Shown: positions 37,343 to 51,070 of the stretch, in pieces
Numbering within the stretch: the first letter of the stretch is position 1
Layout: each line of letters starts with the position of its first letter
Program-made: the position numbers and the translations under genes
The notes under the pieces: model-generated
What the model was told of the DNA's origin: nothing
Databases searched by the model: none
What the model saw: the letters and a program-made list of their open reading frames with translations, nothing else
Source: Narcine bancroftii
Taxonomy: Eukaryota
Length of the DNA: 64,000 nucleotides
Direction: 5' to 3'
NCBI RefSeq assembly: GCF_036971445.1
Contig: NC_091471.1
Span: 129,332,001 to 129,396,000 of the forward strand

Positions 37343-38149
37343 GTTTGTACGTTATGTAGCCAGCTCATTCTTTGGTAATAATTGTTATGCTACATTGATG
37401 TAAACCCTTGACCCTGAGCTATTCTGAATGGATGTTTATCATCAGAAAGAAAGACAAAAGTTTCATCCATCTAAAGATTTAAAGCTATTGTTTCTGTGAT
37501 TTACCTGAGGTGATCAATTAATTTTCCAGCTTGTGTTACACAGCTTTTATTATCTCTGTTAATGTGTGAGTGGAAGGGGAACAAGAATAAATCATTCCTG
37601 TGCAAATCACAATGATACACTGAAATCAACTCAAATAGTTCAAAAATACTAACCAAGAATATACTTTCACATCAGAAAATGTGCCTTAGGTAGGCACTGG
37701 GCCACTTCTGTCTGAGGCCCTCATGACAGCTAAGTTCTGTTATGCTCAAGACTATAAACTGGCTGAAAGGGCTCTGAACACATTAAAAATGCTACCTTTC
37801 TACAATGCACAATGGCCATGCTTGGTCGGAACCTATTTTGTCACCTTATCAGGTCATGAGTCCATTATATAAATGTGAGCAGGTGGAGAGACCAGAGGAA
37901 TGTGCAGGAAGGGTAAAACTGAGAGTTAAGTGAGTGGGTCTGTAATATTGGGTAGATAGAGGCATTAGCGTAAGAGATTGGGGAGGATGGAAGCTTGTGC
38001 AGGTGAACACCTGATCAGAATGAATCTGGAGGAGGCATGGTGGATCCAAGCAGGTCAGAGTTCAGAAGTGTGGGAGGTGGTGGGGTCATCCAGATCACAT
38101 ACAGTCAAAAGACTGAATAAAAAGAGTGAACCCCAAGCAACAAACTTAA

Positions 38150-39263
38150 GGAGCTATTGGTTTACACAAAAATGCTGCATTCTTTATGAGGCAAAAGTAA
38201 AGACACATTACCCCATTTTTTGGCCTGAATCCTTCATTGAGGTATGAGTAAAAGCAGACAGACATCTGAATTACATGTTGGAAGGTGAGGGGGGGGGGGC
38301 AGTAAGGGGTGGAGCGCAGGCCAGAGGTCATATTGGTGGAAGGGCAGGAGAAAAAAACTGAGCTGATAGGGGGAGGGGCTAGTTCTCTGATTGGAGAGGG
38401 AAGGGCTAGAGAGCTAGAGAAAAGGAGACAGAGGGATGAGGAAGAAAGAGGAGTGGCCTAACAGTAACCGGAGAATTCAATGTAAATGCCACCTGCTTGG
38501 AAAGTGCTCAGATGGAATATTATGTGTTGCTCATCCAATTTGCTGGCGACTTCAATTTGGCAATGCATGCGGCCATGGACAAACATGTCAGCGTGGGAGT
38601 GGGGCACTGAATTGAAATGGTTGGTCAATATTGCTGCAGAGAGAATGAAGGTGCTAAACAAAATGGTTCTCCCAGTCTACATCCAGTCTCTCCGATGTAG
38701 AGAAGCCCACAACGGGAGCACCTGATGAAGTAATGGCCCAGCAGATTCATGAGTGAAGTGGTGCTTCCCTCGGAAGGACTGTTTTGGGCACTGAATGGTG
38801 TTGAGGGAGGAAATGTTGGCCAAGTGTCACACTTCCTGCTACCACAGGGGCAATTAGTAGGAAGGGATGAGTTGAGGAGGGAAGCACGGAAGGGAGCAAT
38901 CCCTGCGGAAGGCAGAGAGGGAAGGAAAGGGGAAGATGTGTCTGGTTGTAGATGATGAAAGTTGTAGAGGATAATATGTTGGATATAAAGATGATGGGGT
39001 GGTAGGTGAGGACAAGGAGACACCTGTCCTTGTTGTGTCTAGGGGCAGAGATCTGTGCGGGAAATAGAGGAAATGTGGAAAGGGCTGAGTTGATGGTGGT
39101 AGAGGGGAAGCCACATTGGTTGAAGAAGGACATTTTGGATGATCTGGAATGGAAGACCTCATCTTAAGAACAGTGTGACGCAGAAAGAGGAATTAAAAGA
39201 AAGGTATAAAATTGTTACAGGGTATGAAGAGGTGTAGATGAGGTAATTGTGCAAGTTGGTGGG
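38150..39263 (-). mobile_element. Penelope-like element, 3' part (GIY-YIG)
   Basis: IRCSRCGLLYIGETGCRLGE, HFNSVPHSHADM, LDEQHIIFHLSTFQAGGIYIEFS. Confidence 0.9.
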
Positions 39264-41645
39264 TGTAGACAGCTGCTGCCATCAGCTGCTCTGCATCCGC
39301 TGCAATCACATTGCAGCCACCGTACTCGCAACAGCGCACTGCACATGAGCGAGCTCCTCGAGGGCATGTTAGGTTTATTGAGTTCTATCAGGATGCACAC
39401 ACAATGCTATGGGCTCTCTCTCTCTTTTTGATTGTGTGCAGTAAAGTTGTTTGGTTCACTTCATCTGCCAATTCGTTAGTTATTCAGCACGCAATCACGA
39501 ACATGGTGTCAGAAGTAGGATCAAGAGCATCCCAAGCCTAAGGCCTCCCAATTGTTCTCACTGAGCAACCAGAATCACATTTGCAATAGTCGCCATAATG
39601 GCAGATGGATTTAGATGGTCTGACCCACTCGCGCTTGAAGGAAATGTAGCAGAGAACTGGTGTATTTTTGAGTTAGAGTATGACATATTTATTGTGGCAG
39701 CGCATAGTGACAAGCCTGCCTGCGCCAGAGCGTACATTTTGTTAAATTTAGTGGGCCTGAAAGTCATTGAAAGGGAGAGGTCGTTTGAGTACACAAATGA
39801 AGTGTGCGTAGGGAACTCATTACCAGCCCGGCTAAGTCGAGAGAGGACCCTGAATGTTTAAAATGAAAATTTAGGGCAATGTGCAATCCACAGAAAAATA
39901 TGATGATACAAAGGCACAAATTTAATACTAAAGATCAAAAGCCTGGTGAGTCAATCATACGTCAGTGATTTGAAAATCAGGACGAGGACCTGTAACTTGG
40001 AACGGTCTGTGAGGAATTAATTAAAGACAGGATGGATTGTAGTATTTGTGATGACAATAAGTGGAAAGCGCTTCTGCGCGACAGCAAGCTAATGCTACCA
40101 AAGGCCACCTCCGCCTGTTCGGCGTACAAAACCGCTGAGGAAAACACCAAAAAGCTGGCCTTTCCACAACAACAGGCCACGAGCATCAACGTGATCGAGG
40201 TGGGGCTGGTGCGCAGACAGTGACTGGAGGCCAGGAGGAAGTACCAGTCAGGTCACGCCACACCCTCATCCAGGGCAGTATGCAGTAGCTGCAGAGGTGA
40301 TCACAAATCGAGAAGAGAAGTATGCAGTGGAGAACCTGCGCAAAGATGCTGCAGATCCAGATGGCAGACCAATATACAGGCCACACCCAGAAGGATGATC
40401 AACCAGTCAGAGCTGAAATACAGTGGAGAGTCAACCCCGATGATGAGCACAATGTCAATGGGTTGACCCTGTAGGTAGCAGACAACCCTGCAGAAATCCA
40501 GATCAGAGGATACATTGAGGCCCTCGTACCCACGTAAGTCAAAGGCAAGGCGGCGGAGATTAAGGTTGACACAGGAGCAAAGTGCAACGTCATGTCACTA
40601 AAGGCATGCAGGCAGCTGAAAAAAGCAGAACAGATTAAACTATGTGTCAGGTCAATGATTCTGGGGGCTAATGGAGAATCCAAACCAACGACACGGTGCA
40701 GCTATGGTTCTATATACAGGGACAGTTATACGCATTAATGCTGTTTGTGGTTCAGGCTTCTGCTAGGCCTGAGCGCATGCATGGACATGGGATTTGTTTC
40801 ATTCAGCAGAGAGGTACACCAGATAAGCCCCTCCAAAGAAAACCTATCACAGAGAATTTTTTTCTGAATATGATGAGTTTTTCACAGATGAGCTGGTGAG
40901 CTGCGATGATATATTCCATGCAGCTCAACCAGGAGATAAGACCCATGGTTTGAAGAGCACACCGCATACAGGTGGCAAAGAAGTACAAGATCAAGGCCAA
41001 GCTGGACAGAATGCAGGACTTGGGCATAATCACTCCAGTTTTAGAGCCAATCGAATGAGTGTCCTCCATGGTGACCGTCAAGAAGAAATATGGATGGGAG
41101 ATCCAGATCTGCATAAACCTGCAAGACCTGATGCAGCCCTAAAGGGATCGCATCACCTCTTGTGCATCGTAGAAATTATTACCGCACAGATGCCCAGCAC
41201 AATGGTATTCTTGGTCTTAGATACAAAAATCTCATTCGAGCAAGTGTCACTCGACTATAACTCATTGCTATTGACCATGTTCAGCACTGCTTTTGGTTGG
41301 TACAGGTTTCTGCAGATGCCATTTAGAATCCATTCAGCTAATGAAGTATTTTTCCAAAGATCCATGGAGAAAATTTTCAACAGGTACCCCTGTGTTATCA
41401 AAGTCGATGATATACTGGTCCGCAGCAAGACTCGAGGAACATGACATAAACTTAAAGAAGGTAAAGCTGAGCTCAACTCCCAGAAGTGTAGGTTCTTCCT
41501 AAACCAAGTCAGCAAAGGCCTGAAGGTGGACCCCTCCAAAATGAGGGCCATTAGTGAAAGACCAGTAATCTACCTGCACAAATTTATTCCCAATTCGAGC
41601 GAACTGACAGCCCCATTGAGGCAGCTGATGCACAAAGATGTAAAA
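39264..41645 (+). mobile_element. Gypsy (Mag-like) 5' half: LTR 39264-39503, tRNA-Leu-type PBS, gag, PR, RT
   Basis: TGT...ACA LTR followed by TGGTGTCAGAAGTAGGAT; gag MADGFRWSDPLALEGNVAENW; protease KVDTGAKCNV; RT FLQMPFRI...KVDDILV. Confidence 0.9.
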
Positions 41646-41649
41646 CTCT

Positions 41650-42040
41650 TGGACTATACTTGTTGGAGTACAGAAGGATGAGGGGGGCCTCATATAGGTA
41701 TTTCCAATGCTGAAAGGCCTGGATGGAGTAGATGTAAATGTTTTCCATGGGAGGGGATTTCAGGACAAGAGGGCATAACATCAAGATAAAAGGGCGTCAA
41801 TTTAAAACAGAGATGCATAAAAATATAATTAATTAGTGGGTCATGAGTGTGGGGAACTTGTGGCCACACATGGTTGTGGAAGCGAGGTCATCGGATGTAT
41901 TTAAGGCAGAGATTGAAAGCTATTTGATAGTTAGGGCATCAAGGGAGAAAGCCGGTGGGCTACATAGGTGGATGGATCAGCTCAGCATGAGAATGGTGGA
42001 GCAAATTTGATGGGCCAATGGGTCTACTTCTACTCCTGGG
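41650..42040 (+). mobile_element. CR1 3' end
   Basis: RTRGHNIKIKGRQFKTEM and 3' UTR GATCAGCTC...GATGGGCCAATGGGTCTACTTCT. Confidence 0.8.
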
Positions 42041-42059
42041 TCATGAGGCAGCATCAATG

Positions 42060-42222
42060 TAGTCATCAATTAAATGGAGAAAAAGTTGAGGAGCCTTGCC
42101 TGTGTCAGCTTGTAGCAGATTGCTCCACATAGCCAGCAAAAAGGCAGGCATAGCTGGGATCCATGCAGTTACCATGACTACCCTTTGACTTGAGAAAGTG
42201 GAATGAGTCAAAGGAGCTATTA
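42060..42222 (-). mobile_element. Penelope RT fragment (probable continuation of 38150-39263)
   Basis: FDSFHFL...MDPSYACLFAGYVEQS. Confidence 0.8.
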
Positions 42223-42764
42223 GATGTATTTAGCACTTGGATTATGATTCTGTGAAAATTGATAAGTTTCATGTATCTGTAGCAGGGCAATCACTTACCT
42301 GAATGCCAATGAACTCTAAGTGAATCATTTCATTTGGATGTGCAACCATAAGAACCATTTATTTTATGAGCTGTGGAGTTTCTGGGCAGTGGGAGAACAT
42401 TTGAAAAGTTTGTGACAAATATATATATTATACAAGAACACATTGAGTTCCTTCATCATGTGTCTGTATGCTTTTCTCTTTGAATGCTGATAGTCCACTG
42501 CCAATTCACCAGCAGATTAGGAACTGTTTTATGTGCCAGAGACTTGATTGTGACTAATCATGTTTACTGCATTTCTCTGAGAATTCTTGGATCTTTCAGA
42601 AACAATAGATCATTTCTTAGTCTCAATGAATTTAATTTAGAGGCGTCGGAGTGGAAATATTCCCTGTGTCTGGAAGTTCTTTGGAGAGCTGTGCTAAACA
42701 TTCCATGCTTGGAGGCCATTGGTGCTCACCTGGCATTGCAGATAAGCCGAATGTTCTTGTACAA

Positions 42765-42917
42765 NNNNNNNNNNNNNNNNNNNNNNNNNNNNNNNNNNNN
42801 NNNNNNNNNNNNNNNNNNNNNNNNNNNNNNNNNNNNNNNNNNNNNNNNNNNNNNNNNNNNNNNNNNNNNNNNNNNNNNNNNNNNNNNNNNNNNNNNNNNN
42901 NNNNNNNNNNNNNNNNN
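42765..42917. other. Assembly gap (153 N)
   Basis: Run of N. Confidence 0.99.
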
Positions 42918-42929
42918 GGAGCCTCCTCT

Positions 42930-43764
42930 AATAAGAGAAAGAGAACATAAATGTTCTGCTGGAGCCGCTGTAATAACATCCACTGGTGTGGATGCACAGG
43001 GAGTAAGGAGTAGAGATACAGCGCTCCCGCAGGGTCCAACCACCCAGTCAACTACTGTCATATCTGCACAGGCTTTGAATTGCCTGTTAAAGGAGCCGAC
43101 GGTAGTTTTATTTAAAATTGTGTGGTAGTTTTATTTAAAATCCCACAACCATGGGTTCTGTGCCCAAGATGGCGGCATCTCTGATTGGCAGCAGTCACGA
43201 GGTGTTGCAGACTTCAGGGGAGCAAAGGACTGGTCAGGGCACCAGAAAATGGGGGGACCATCACTCTTCTGAGAAGGAGAAGCGGAGGAGATGACCCATG
43301 TGTCGGTGACCATGGTGGAGAACCAGTGAGGGGGCTCTGCAGCTGGAAGACCCATGCACGTGGCGGGCTGCTGGCAACTTGAGGTAGGGATCCCACGGAG
43401 GCGTGGGCTGCTGGAGAATGCTGTCAGGAGACTCGCGCTGGGCTGCAGACTGCTGGTGACTGGCTCGAAACTGGCTGAAGGGATAGCGGGTGGATGCAAG
43501 CGGGTGCCAAAGGGGTGGAGTTTTGTATCTGGAGCTCAGGTTGCCAATGGCTTGGCTGTGGAGGTTGCGGAAGCGCTGGAGGTGAATCTATGGTCATTCG
43601 GTCACTCTGGCTGGATTCTCTTTTGCTTCCCTTTCTCTGACTATAAGGTACTTCAGGCAATTTCTGTCGATGGTGAATCTGTCTGCCTTACAGCGGACAA
43701 AAACAATTTCATGTAATATGACTCTGTTTTATTACAATGACAATAAATTGAATCTTGATCTTGA
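42930..43764 (+). repeat. GC-rich interspersed repeat ending in a LINE-type tail
   Basis: Ends ACAATGACAATAAATTGAATCTTGATCTTGA, a non-LTR 3' terminus similar to the Rex1 tails here; class uncertain. Confidence 0.55.
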
Positions 43765-45229
43765 AATATTAAAGGAGACTCATCAGAGACACCAAGTGTC
43801 CATGGATTCATCTCCTGCGCTCTGTAACCTCTCCAGCTGCACAGACTCTTGACCATTCCTATGATGAACCTGAGCTCCTGCTTTCAAACCTCCAATCGAA
43901 TTAGACAACTGTTAATGGCCAAAGCCCCAGTCATCATTAGCACCGTCTCAAATCCCAGTCCTGATACCTGGATCTCACAAGCCTGTTCCAGTGCCCCGCA
44001 GCCTGGAGTAAGCCTTCAATCTCTGGGCCCCTTGCTGTCTGTTGCTGTGGTCACCTACCCTGCAGGCCCCTCTCCTAGGCTTATCCTTCTCAGTGGGTGT
44101 AATGGTCTCCCACTCTGGTGCTCTGTACTGGTCCCCAGATCCATCTATCCTCATGGTCTGCTGCCACGCATGGGCACTGCCATCTTGAGCATAGATTCCA
44201 TGGTTTGTTTTGTGAAAACCATAGCAAGTCATGATTACAATTCAATGAGATGGTTGTTGGATGAGAGCCTGAGAGAAAGCTGGAACAAGGATGATGTTTT
44301 ATACTTAAACATTACCCATTGCAGTGAGTTCATTCCCAGTACTGAATCTATGAGCCAGGAGATCATGATTGAGGTTTGCTAAAATGTCACATTTTTAATC
44401 ATGGCATGCACTTGTGCAAGTGACCTATGACATTCAAAGGCTGAGGTTGGCGAAAGATTTTGTGGAAGCAGAACCCTGACATGCTTTGTACTCTACCTGC
44501 TGCCACTGTGTGCACAGAGGTATTGCATGAGATATCCATGAAAGACAAATCAGAAAAGTTGTGGACCAAAATTATACAGTGCACAAAGCAACGAATTTCT
44601 GTTAAAATTCAGTTCACTCATGTTATATACATAGAAATGCAATGACATACCACTATATTATTTACTTTTATATCACACTTATGGGTGATTTTAATTATGA
44701 ATCAGTCACAACGATCATTACATACCTCACACGACTTATACCAATGAACCAATAGTTTGTGTGCTCAGTGTTCATGGAACATATAATGCTGCAGAGGTCA
44801 TCACATGATGCTCATTTTATGTCTGCTCTATGACATTGGATATCACATGGTCACACCAGCATACTGATGGATCAGAAAATGGCTCATCAATTTGGGACAA
44901 AGAATACATTATTGTGACAAGAAGACAGGTCACGGCGTGGGAGAAGCTGTTAGCAGTTTGAAGATCAGGAAGACAGTAAGAGTGGAGGAGCTGGTAGGAC
45001 ACAGGTCAGGCCAGTGATTACCCTGCCAGCTGAGGTGAACAAACTCAGAGAAATGGCATGAATGAAGATTGATAGAAATTGGAGCCTCAAGCTTTTCTAA
45101 CAATATTTGCTGGACTCCAAGTTTTTAATCACTGGCTCTTGTAAATGCACATGCTGCCCTGTGAAAAGTTATGGTAATGTTTGTGCATGTTTGTTATAAT
45201 GTTGACGACTTCCCTCTTGTATGTTAACC

Positions 45230-46732
45230 AACTTTCTTCTTACCTCCTCTTGGTCATCTTGTGGACAGATTTTGCATGGTAGGATAGTCTTGTACTTTCT
45301 GCCATTCAGAAGCTCTGCCGGGGACTTCACGTTGGCCCTCAAGGATGCTTCTCACAGTGAAAGAAGAGCAAGGTAAGGGCCTTCCTTTGTCTCTGGACAC
45401 TTAGTAAAAGTGTGTTTAATTGTCTGAACATGATTCTCAATAAAACCATGGCCCTTTGCATAATATGGTGATGATGTGGTGATGGTGAACCCATATTCTG
45501 CATCTATTTCTCTGAATTCACGCGATGTGAATTGGGTCCCATTGTCACATATCACTTGTTCGGGTATCTCCTGTTCCACGAAGAGTGAATGTACTGCAAC
45601 AATGATGGTTGGTTCTCTCAGGTCCTTCACTTTCCTGATGAAAGGGAATTTGGAGTAGTAGCAGGACACAATGAAATAGCACTCTTGGTTTTTTGTGAAT
45701 AGGTCTGTTCCCACAGTGGGCCATGGCCTGGCAGGTATTTCAGTGGGAATCATCTCTTCCTTTTGTTGTATATTTCTGTATATTTGGTATGCTGGACATG
45801 TAGCCACCATTTTTCCAATGTACTTATATATGCTAGTCCAGTAAACTGCCAACTTTGGTCTGAGTTTGCATTTCTCCATTCCCATGTGGCCTTGGTGTAT
45901 TTTCTGCAGAATTTATTTTTGCATTGTCTCTGGTATCATCAGCCAAGACCCTGCCTGCAGTACACCGTTCTCCAGGAATATGTCATCCCTGACATACCAA
46001 TACTGATGTATTGTATGCTGCACTTGTTTTATCCTTTCTGGCCATCCCTGTATCACCTATTGGGAGAGCAGCTGCAGCACCTCGTCCTTTGTGGTGTTTT
46101 CTTTAATCAGGTTCAGTTTGTAACTGGTCAGACTGATGAGGTGATGTACCTAGATCTCCATGTTTTTCATTTCGCATTTTTTGTTTGGCGAAAGACGTGT
46201 CAAGGTTTCGGCGAGCACCATTTCCTTCCCTGACCTGTACTTCAAGATGAAATCATAACATTGGAGCCAGAGGAGTAGCTGGTGCCTTGCTGAGGTTCTT
46301 TTTCTGGATGTGTTCCAGCAGATGATGATCACTCTCTACCACAAACAGTCTTCCATTGAGGAATTTATGGAACTTTTCACATCCATTTATCACTGCTAAC
46401 AGCTCCCTTTCAATATTGGCATATCGGGTCTCTGTTGTTGTCAGGGCTTTTGAGGCAAATGCTATTGGTTTCCCTTCCTCCACATTTATTTATTTCTATA
46501 TGGTTTGGGTTTGGATCAATCCCACCATTGCCACCAGATTGTGTCTTAATAAACACTAGAAAGTCTTGTAAGTTTAACAGCCTATTTATTTACTCACATT
46601 CAGCTACTGGGTCACGTATAGATACAATGTGTCTCACTGCACATGCACTACTCTTAAGTGTGATGTGGCTCTTACAGTGTTAGTATTCATACTCTAGCAT
46701 AAAATAGTTCCAGGTTTCCTCAGTATATAACA
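45230..46732 (-). mobile_element. Gypsy remnant: LTR (46540-46732), PBS, RNase H, integrase
   Basis: PBS TGGTGGCAATGGTGGGAT (46536-46519); KPIAFASKALTTTETRYANIERELLA; GHMGMEKC, VGTDLF, ICDNGTQFTS. Confidence 0.88.
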
Positions 46733-47974
46733 CCTTCCCCCCAGGAGCTCCTGGGAGCAATCACATGCCCGTGAAATAAAACATCTGGAGCCTAGTGACA
46801 TTAACCATCTGCATAGCCACTGGGTCATCTCAGGCGATGGCAGCTGAGATTTGCCATATGGTGAAGCTTGCTACTCACCCCTTCATTTACATCGCAAAGA
46901 CTCTCTTTTCAAGGAGAACAGAATTCCATTCCTCTTTGAACAGATGCAGCTGATATCCAAAGCACAGGGATTTGTTCAGATTATTTTAAGGAGTGATCTA
47001 AGAGCTTTTTGCTAGAGATGTGTAAATATTTGGAATATACAGTACATTGGTGAACTTCATTCACCAGGGAAGCTCATTGGGTTTAGCTTGAGGCAGTCCA
47101 CTATGGCCACTGTAGCTAACATTGAGTAAGTTGAGGGTTATTTGTACGTCTGAGAACAGTAGCTTGTGTGCATCCTCTGCTGAACCTCTCATCTGCGTGG
47201 CCCCTCGAGTTTCTTGAATCTTTCTCTTCTGGTCTCTAGATTTTGCAATAAATTTCAAGTGTAAACTATTCCCTTGCATCTGCCTTAACTTGTTTATGCT
47301 ACCCCAAACTATCCGGGGACTTCCAGCAATGGTGGCAAGTGTGACTTCAATGAGAAAAATATTCAGCTAGTGCAAGGTAACTTTTGAAATTGATTCCGTG
47401 TGAGAATGTGCAAAAGCGAAGAGCAGACAAAGGATCCTGGGCCCAACATGTTAACTTGTTTCTTGATTCCCATCTGTTGTCTGACCTGCTGAGTGTTTCC
47501 AGTATTTTCTGTTTTGAGGCACCATTGTTATTTAAGGCTCCTTTGATAGCACAAGGTGTTCACATACATTTCAGCTGATAATGATATGAGAACAAACTAT
47601 GGTGGGACTCCCATATTTGCTATTTTTAAATATTTTTCCAGCATAATTACATTTCTAAGCTGTTATATTTCTGTTGCTCACTCACCTCTGATCTTGAATT
47701 GGTTATTTCTTCCACAACCTGAATATTTCCACAAAGCTCAAATAGAATAAATTCATGAGCTTAATTTGTCTTGAAAAAATGTTACATGGAGCAAAGAAAT
47801 GAGTCCGATAATTTAATCTTTTACGGTGATATTAAGGCTCCAGCTAAAGAGCAAGAGGTGGAAATCTAACTAAAACTACTTACTGTAATTTATAATTCTG
47901 TGATGCATGATGTTGGCTAGTGACTGTAGGTCCAAAAGTGTTGTAAAGCAGAGATGTTTTTAACTTGATAAATA

Positions 47975-48950
47975 CAGATATTAGTATCTGGAACAAAAAA
48001 TAATTGAGTCTCTGAAGATATTCACTGGGCCAAGCAGAATCTGTGGAGACAAAAAGGGTTGGTTGACTTAAATCAGGACTGAGAGTGTAAAAGGGAGCAA
48101 GTAATAGGCAAACATGAGTGACGATATTCCAAATTACTAAACCAATAAACCAAACTTTGTAGATGAAGCTTTAAGTTGCTCTAATTCATTGATAAAATTG
48201 ATAAACATTTTGCATAACTCCACATTGAGATTTTTATAATGAAGAATAAACAAAGCATACTGTAGAATGATAATCTGCAGTAGATGGGAGGTCAGAGCCT
48301 GTGATGGTTCTGGCTATGTTTTCTACCTTCTGCATTACTCGACAGAAAAGGACAGAGGTGCTGTGTATTCCCTGAAATTGGAGAATTCATTGTTCATGCT
48401 GTTGGGTTGTAGACTACGCAGGTGGAATTGAAGATGCTATTCCTCAGGTTTGTGTTTAGCCTCATTCTGGAAGTGGAGGAAGTCAAGAACAGATATATCC
48501 ATGCAACAACCAGGAGGAGAGTTAAAATCGCTTGTCACTGGAGTTTAAGATGGCTATTGCACGGTTTTGTTGAATCTTTACTTCATCTGTCAGAGCTGTT
48601 TAGGTCCCTGGAAGGTGGTGAGGGAGGAAGTTTAGGGAATGGTGTTGCACCTCCTTAATTCCAGGGGGGGTGCCTGGGTATAAAGATGTGAATAAGCCAG
48701 GAAGTCACAGAAAGAATAAAGATGGGTGGGGTGTGGAAGAAGATGCTGGTGGTGGGATTATGTTTCAGCTGGCTGAAATATTGAAAAATAATGTGCTGGA
48801 TGAGAAGACTGTAGGGAGCAAGGTAAAGATAAGTGAACTCTACCTCAGTTCTATCTTGAAGGAGACAGGGTGAGAGCAGAAGTATGGGAAATGGAGGAGA
48901 TATGGCTGGAAACCCTATCAAACACAAGTAGAGAGGAAATAAATCTGACT
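47975..48950 (-). mobile_element. Strongly decayed Penelope fragments
   Basis: Similarity to 38400-39100 (GGAGAATTCATTGTTCATGC..., IQHIIFQYFSQLKHNPTTSIFF). Confidence 0.65.
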
Positions 48951-49730
48951 TTTCAGCACTCCTCACAGCAACTTTACGGAGAAGATTTGAGAATGTCTGT
49001 GATGAGAAACAAAATCAATTATGTCAGTTGAAAGGATGACAGAGTTATCAGTTTTAATCATTTTTCACAGGTGATTTCCTGTATGATGCATGCTTTGGGA
49101 CAAATGCAAAAACGCAATGCGCACCTTGTTTTTGAAACGCATGAGATGGCTCTGGAGAGGAACAAGATCATCATAGCTCCGAATTGTTGAATGACAATGA
49201 ATAGCTTTTCATTCTTTCTAAATATATATTCTTCAATAGAACTGACATTAATATATACTGTGATTAGAAATTCTCTAAAGTATAAAAATGCAAATTTGAA
49301 TTGATTTTAGACCTGGCAGAGGTCACAGTTATAGTTAGGATAAATTGCTTTTGCATGGCCAGGAAGGAGTGGCATTTCCATCAGTAAATGAATGTACAAT
49401 TATCTGCAGATGAATATAAATTTCAATATAATCCCTTAATTGCAATATTAAAAATCCATTCCAGATTGTCAAAATGAATATAACCATTCAGTGTTTCAAT
49501 CTAACACACTAGAAGATTTTTTAAAATTAACACATTTCCAAAGCACTGTACATTGTGGAAAATGCAAGTTGTCAAAGTAGATTTTCTCAACAAAATGCAT
49601 TTCTTTTCATTATTTTCTTGTCTTTGCAGGATCCTGATCAAGAAAAGTACAAGAGTAATCATCTTCATACGTATTTCATTTGGGCAGATTGAATGGAATA
49701 CTGATAAATGAAAGGAAGTTGCTTTAAATT

Positions 49731-50010
49731 TCCACCCTCTAAAATGGCAGAATGAGAAGAAGACGAAATGAACTGACCCAGTGTGTAAAAGTAGATGACA
49801 CGATTTTCTTGTTTATTTTCATTGTGTGATGACATTGTTTAATGGGTTTATTGTATTGTATATGTTGAAATTTATTGGGTTTGGAGAGGGGTGGGGAGGA
49901 AAGGGAGGGGGAAAAGGGGAGAAAATGACACTGTGCATGTTCAAGATGGAAATGTTTGTGTGTCTTTTGGTCAATATGGTTCATAGTGTGAAAAATAAAA
50001 AAAATTAAAA
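49731..50010 (+). mobile_element. L1 3' UTR fragment with A-rich tail
   Basis: Reverse complement closely matches 54045-54320. Confidence 0.9.
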
Positions 50011-50344
50011 CAAAAATTTAACTCCATCAGATAACACAAGTTGGTCAATATTGAACTTAGGATGGGGAGGGGGTGGGGTGAATTCAAAATATATATTTGT
50101 AAATCCTTGTGAATCTGAGGAGTCCTTAAAATATGTCTTGGGCCTCATTAACATTGTCAGCCTATTCAGAACTGGCAGCAGGAGTAAATGACATGAAGGT
50201 CTGATCAGTAAAGAAATTAAAGACCAGGTTGAAATTGAAGGAGGAGAATTCGAGCTCTCCTGCAACCTTTGGTTCCAAATTCAAATTTTTTAAAAAAGTT
50301 CCAGAAATTTACTCTTTTGGTTGCAGGTCAGCAAAGTTTAGGGA

Positions 50345-50570
50345 GGCATAGTTAGTGCAGCTGTTAGCACAACACTATGACAGAGCCAGTGACCATGTTT
50401 GAATCTGGTGGTGTCTTAAAGGAGCTTATGTTCTCCTGTGTCTGCATGGGCTTCCTCTAGGTGCTCTGGTTTCCTCTCACTCTTCAAAATGTACAAGAAA
50501 TATAGGTTAATTGGTGTATTTGGAGGCACAGGCTCATGGGCCAAAGGACTTGTAACTGTGCTGTATGTCT
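50345..50570 (+). mobile_element. HE1/V-SINE-like SINE
   Basis: B-box-like GTTTGAATC and core TGTCTGCATGGGCTTCCTCTAGGTGCTCTGGTTTCCTC. Confidence 0.75.
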
Positions 50571-50939
50571 TATGAGTGAGGCCCGCATTAATTAATCTTG
50601 CACCAAAAGTCTCAAACAGATGTTAATTTCCTTCAAGTAGATGCAAATAGTTTAATTTCTGTTTCAGACATGACCATTGTAATCTATATCTCTTTTCCTG
50701 TCCCAAAAATGGCAGCAACTTTAGACTGGAAATGTGTTCTGTGCTTTGTGTCTACTTCAATGTATATCAGTACTCCAGCTATGGCTTTGAAATAATGAAC
50801 AGCTATCAAGTCTAACAAATTTTGGGGTAACCATAGTCTTATTACAATAGCTAATATAGTGAATCAGTAAAAAAATATTGCATTCACAATAATGGCATTA
50901 GATGAACAGTCAAACTTTGACCTCCTATGACAAAAAAAT

Positions 50940-51070
50940 CCAGCACTGTCTGTCATAAGGGGTTTGTACGTTCTCCACATGACCTCTGTGGAGTTTTCCC
51001 TGGCTGCTCTGGTGTCCTCCCACCCTCCAAAGATGTACAGGGTAGGTAGACTTATTGGGTGGCATGGGAA
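50940..51070 (+). mobile_element. SINE core fragment
   Basis: GTTTGTACGTTCTCC...GCTGCTCTGGTGTCCTCCCAC. Confidence 0.65.

Noticed and set aside
43849-44382. 177-aa ORF
   Set aside because: No domain recognised; low-information Ser/Pro/Leu-rich sequence, probably over decayed repeat
47061-47279. 72-aa minus ORF
   Set aside because: No homology recognised and no splice signals
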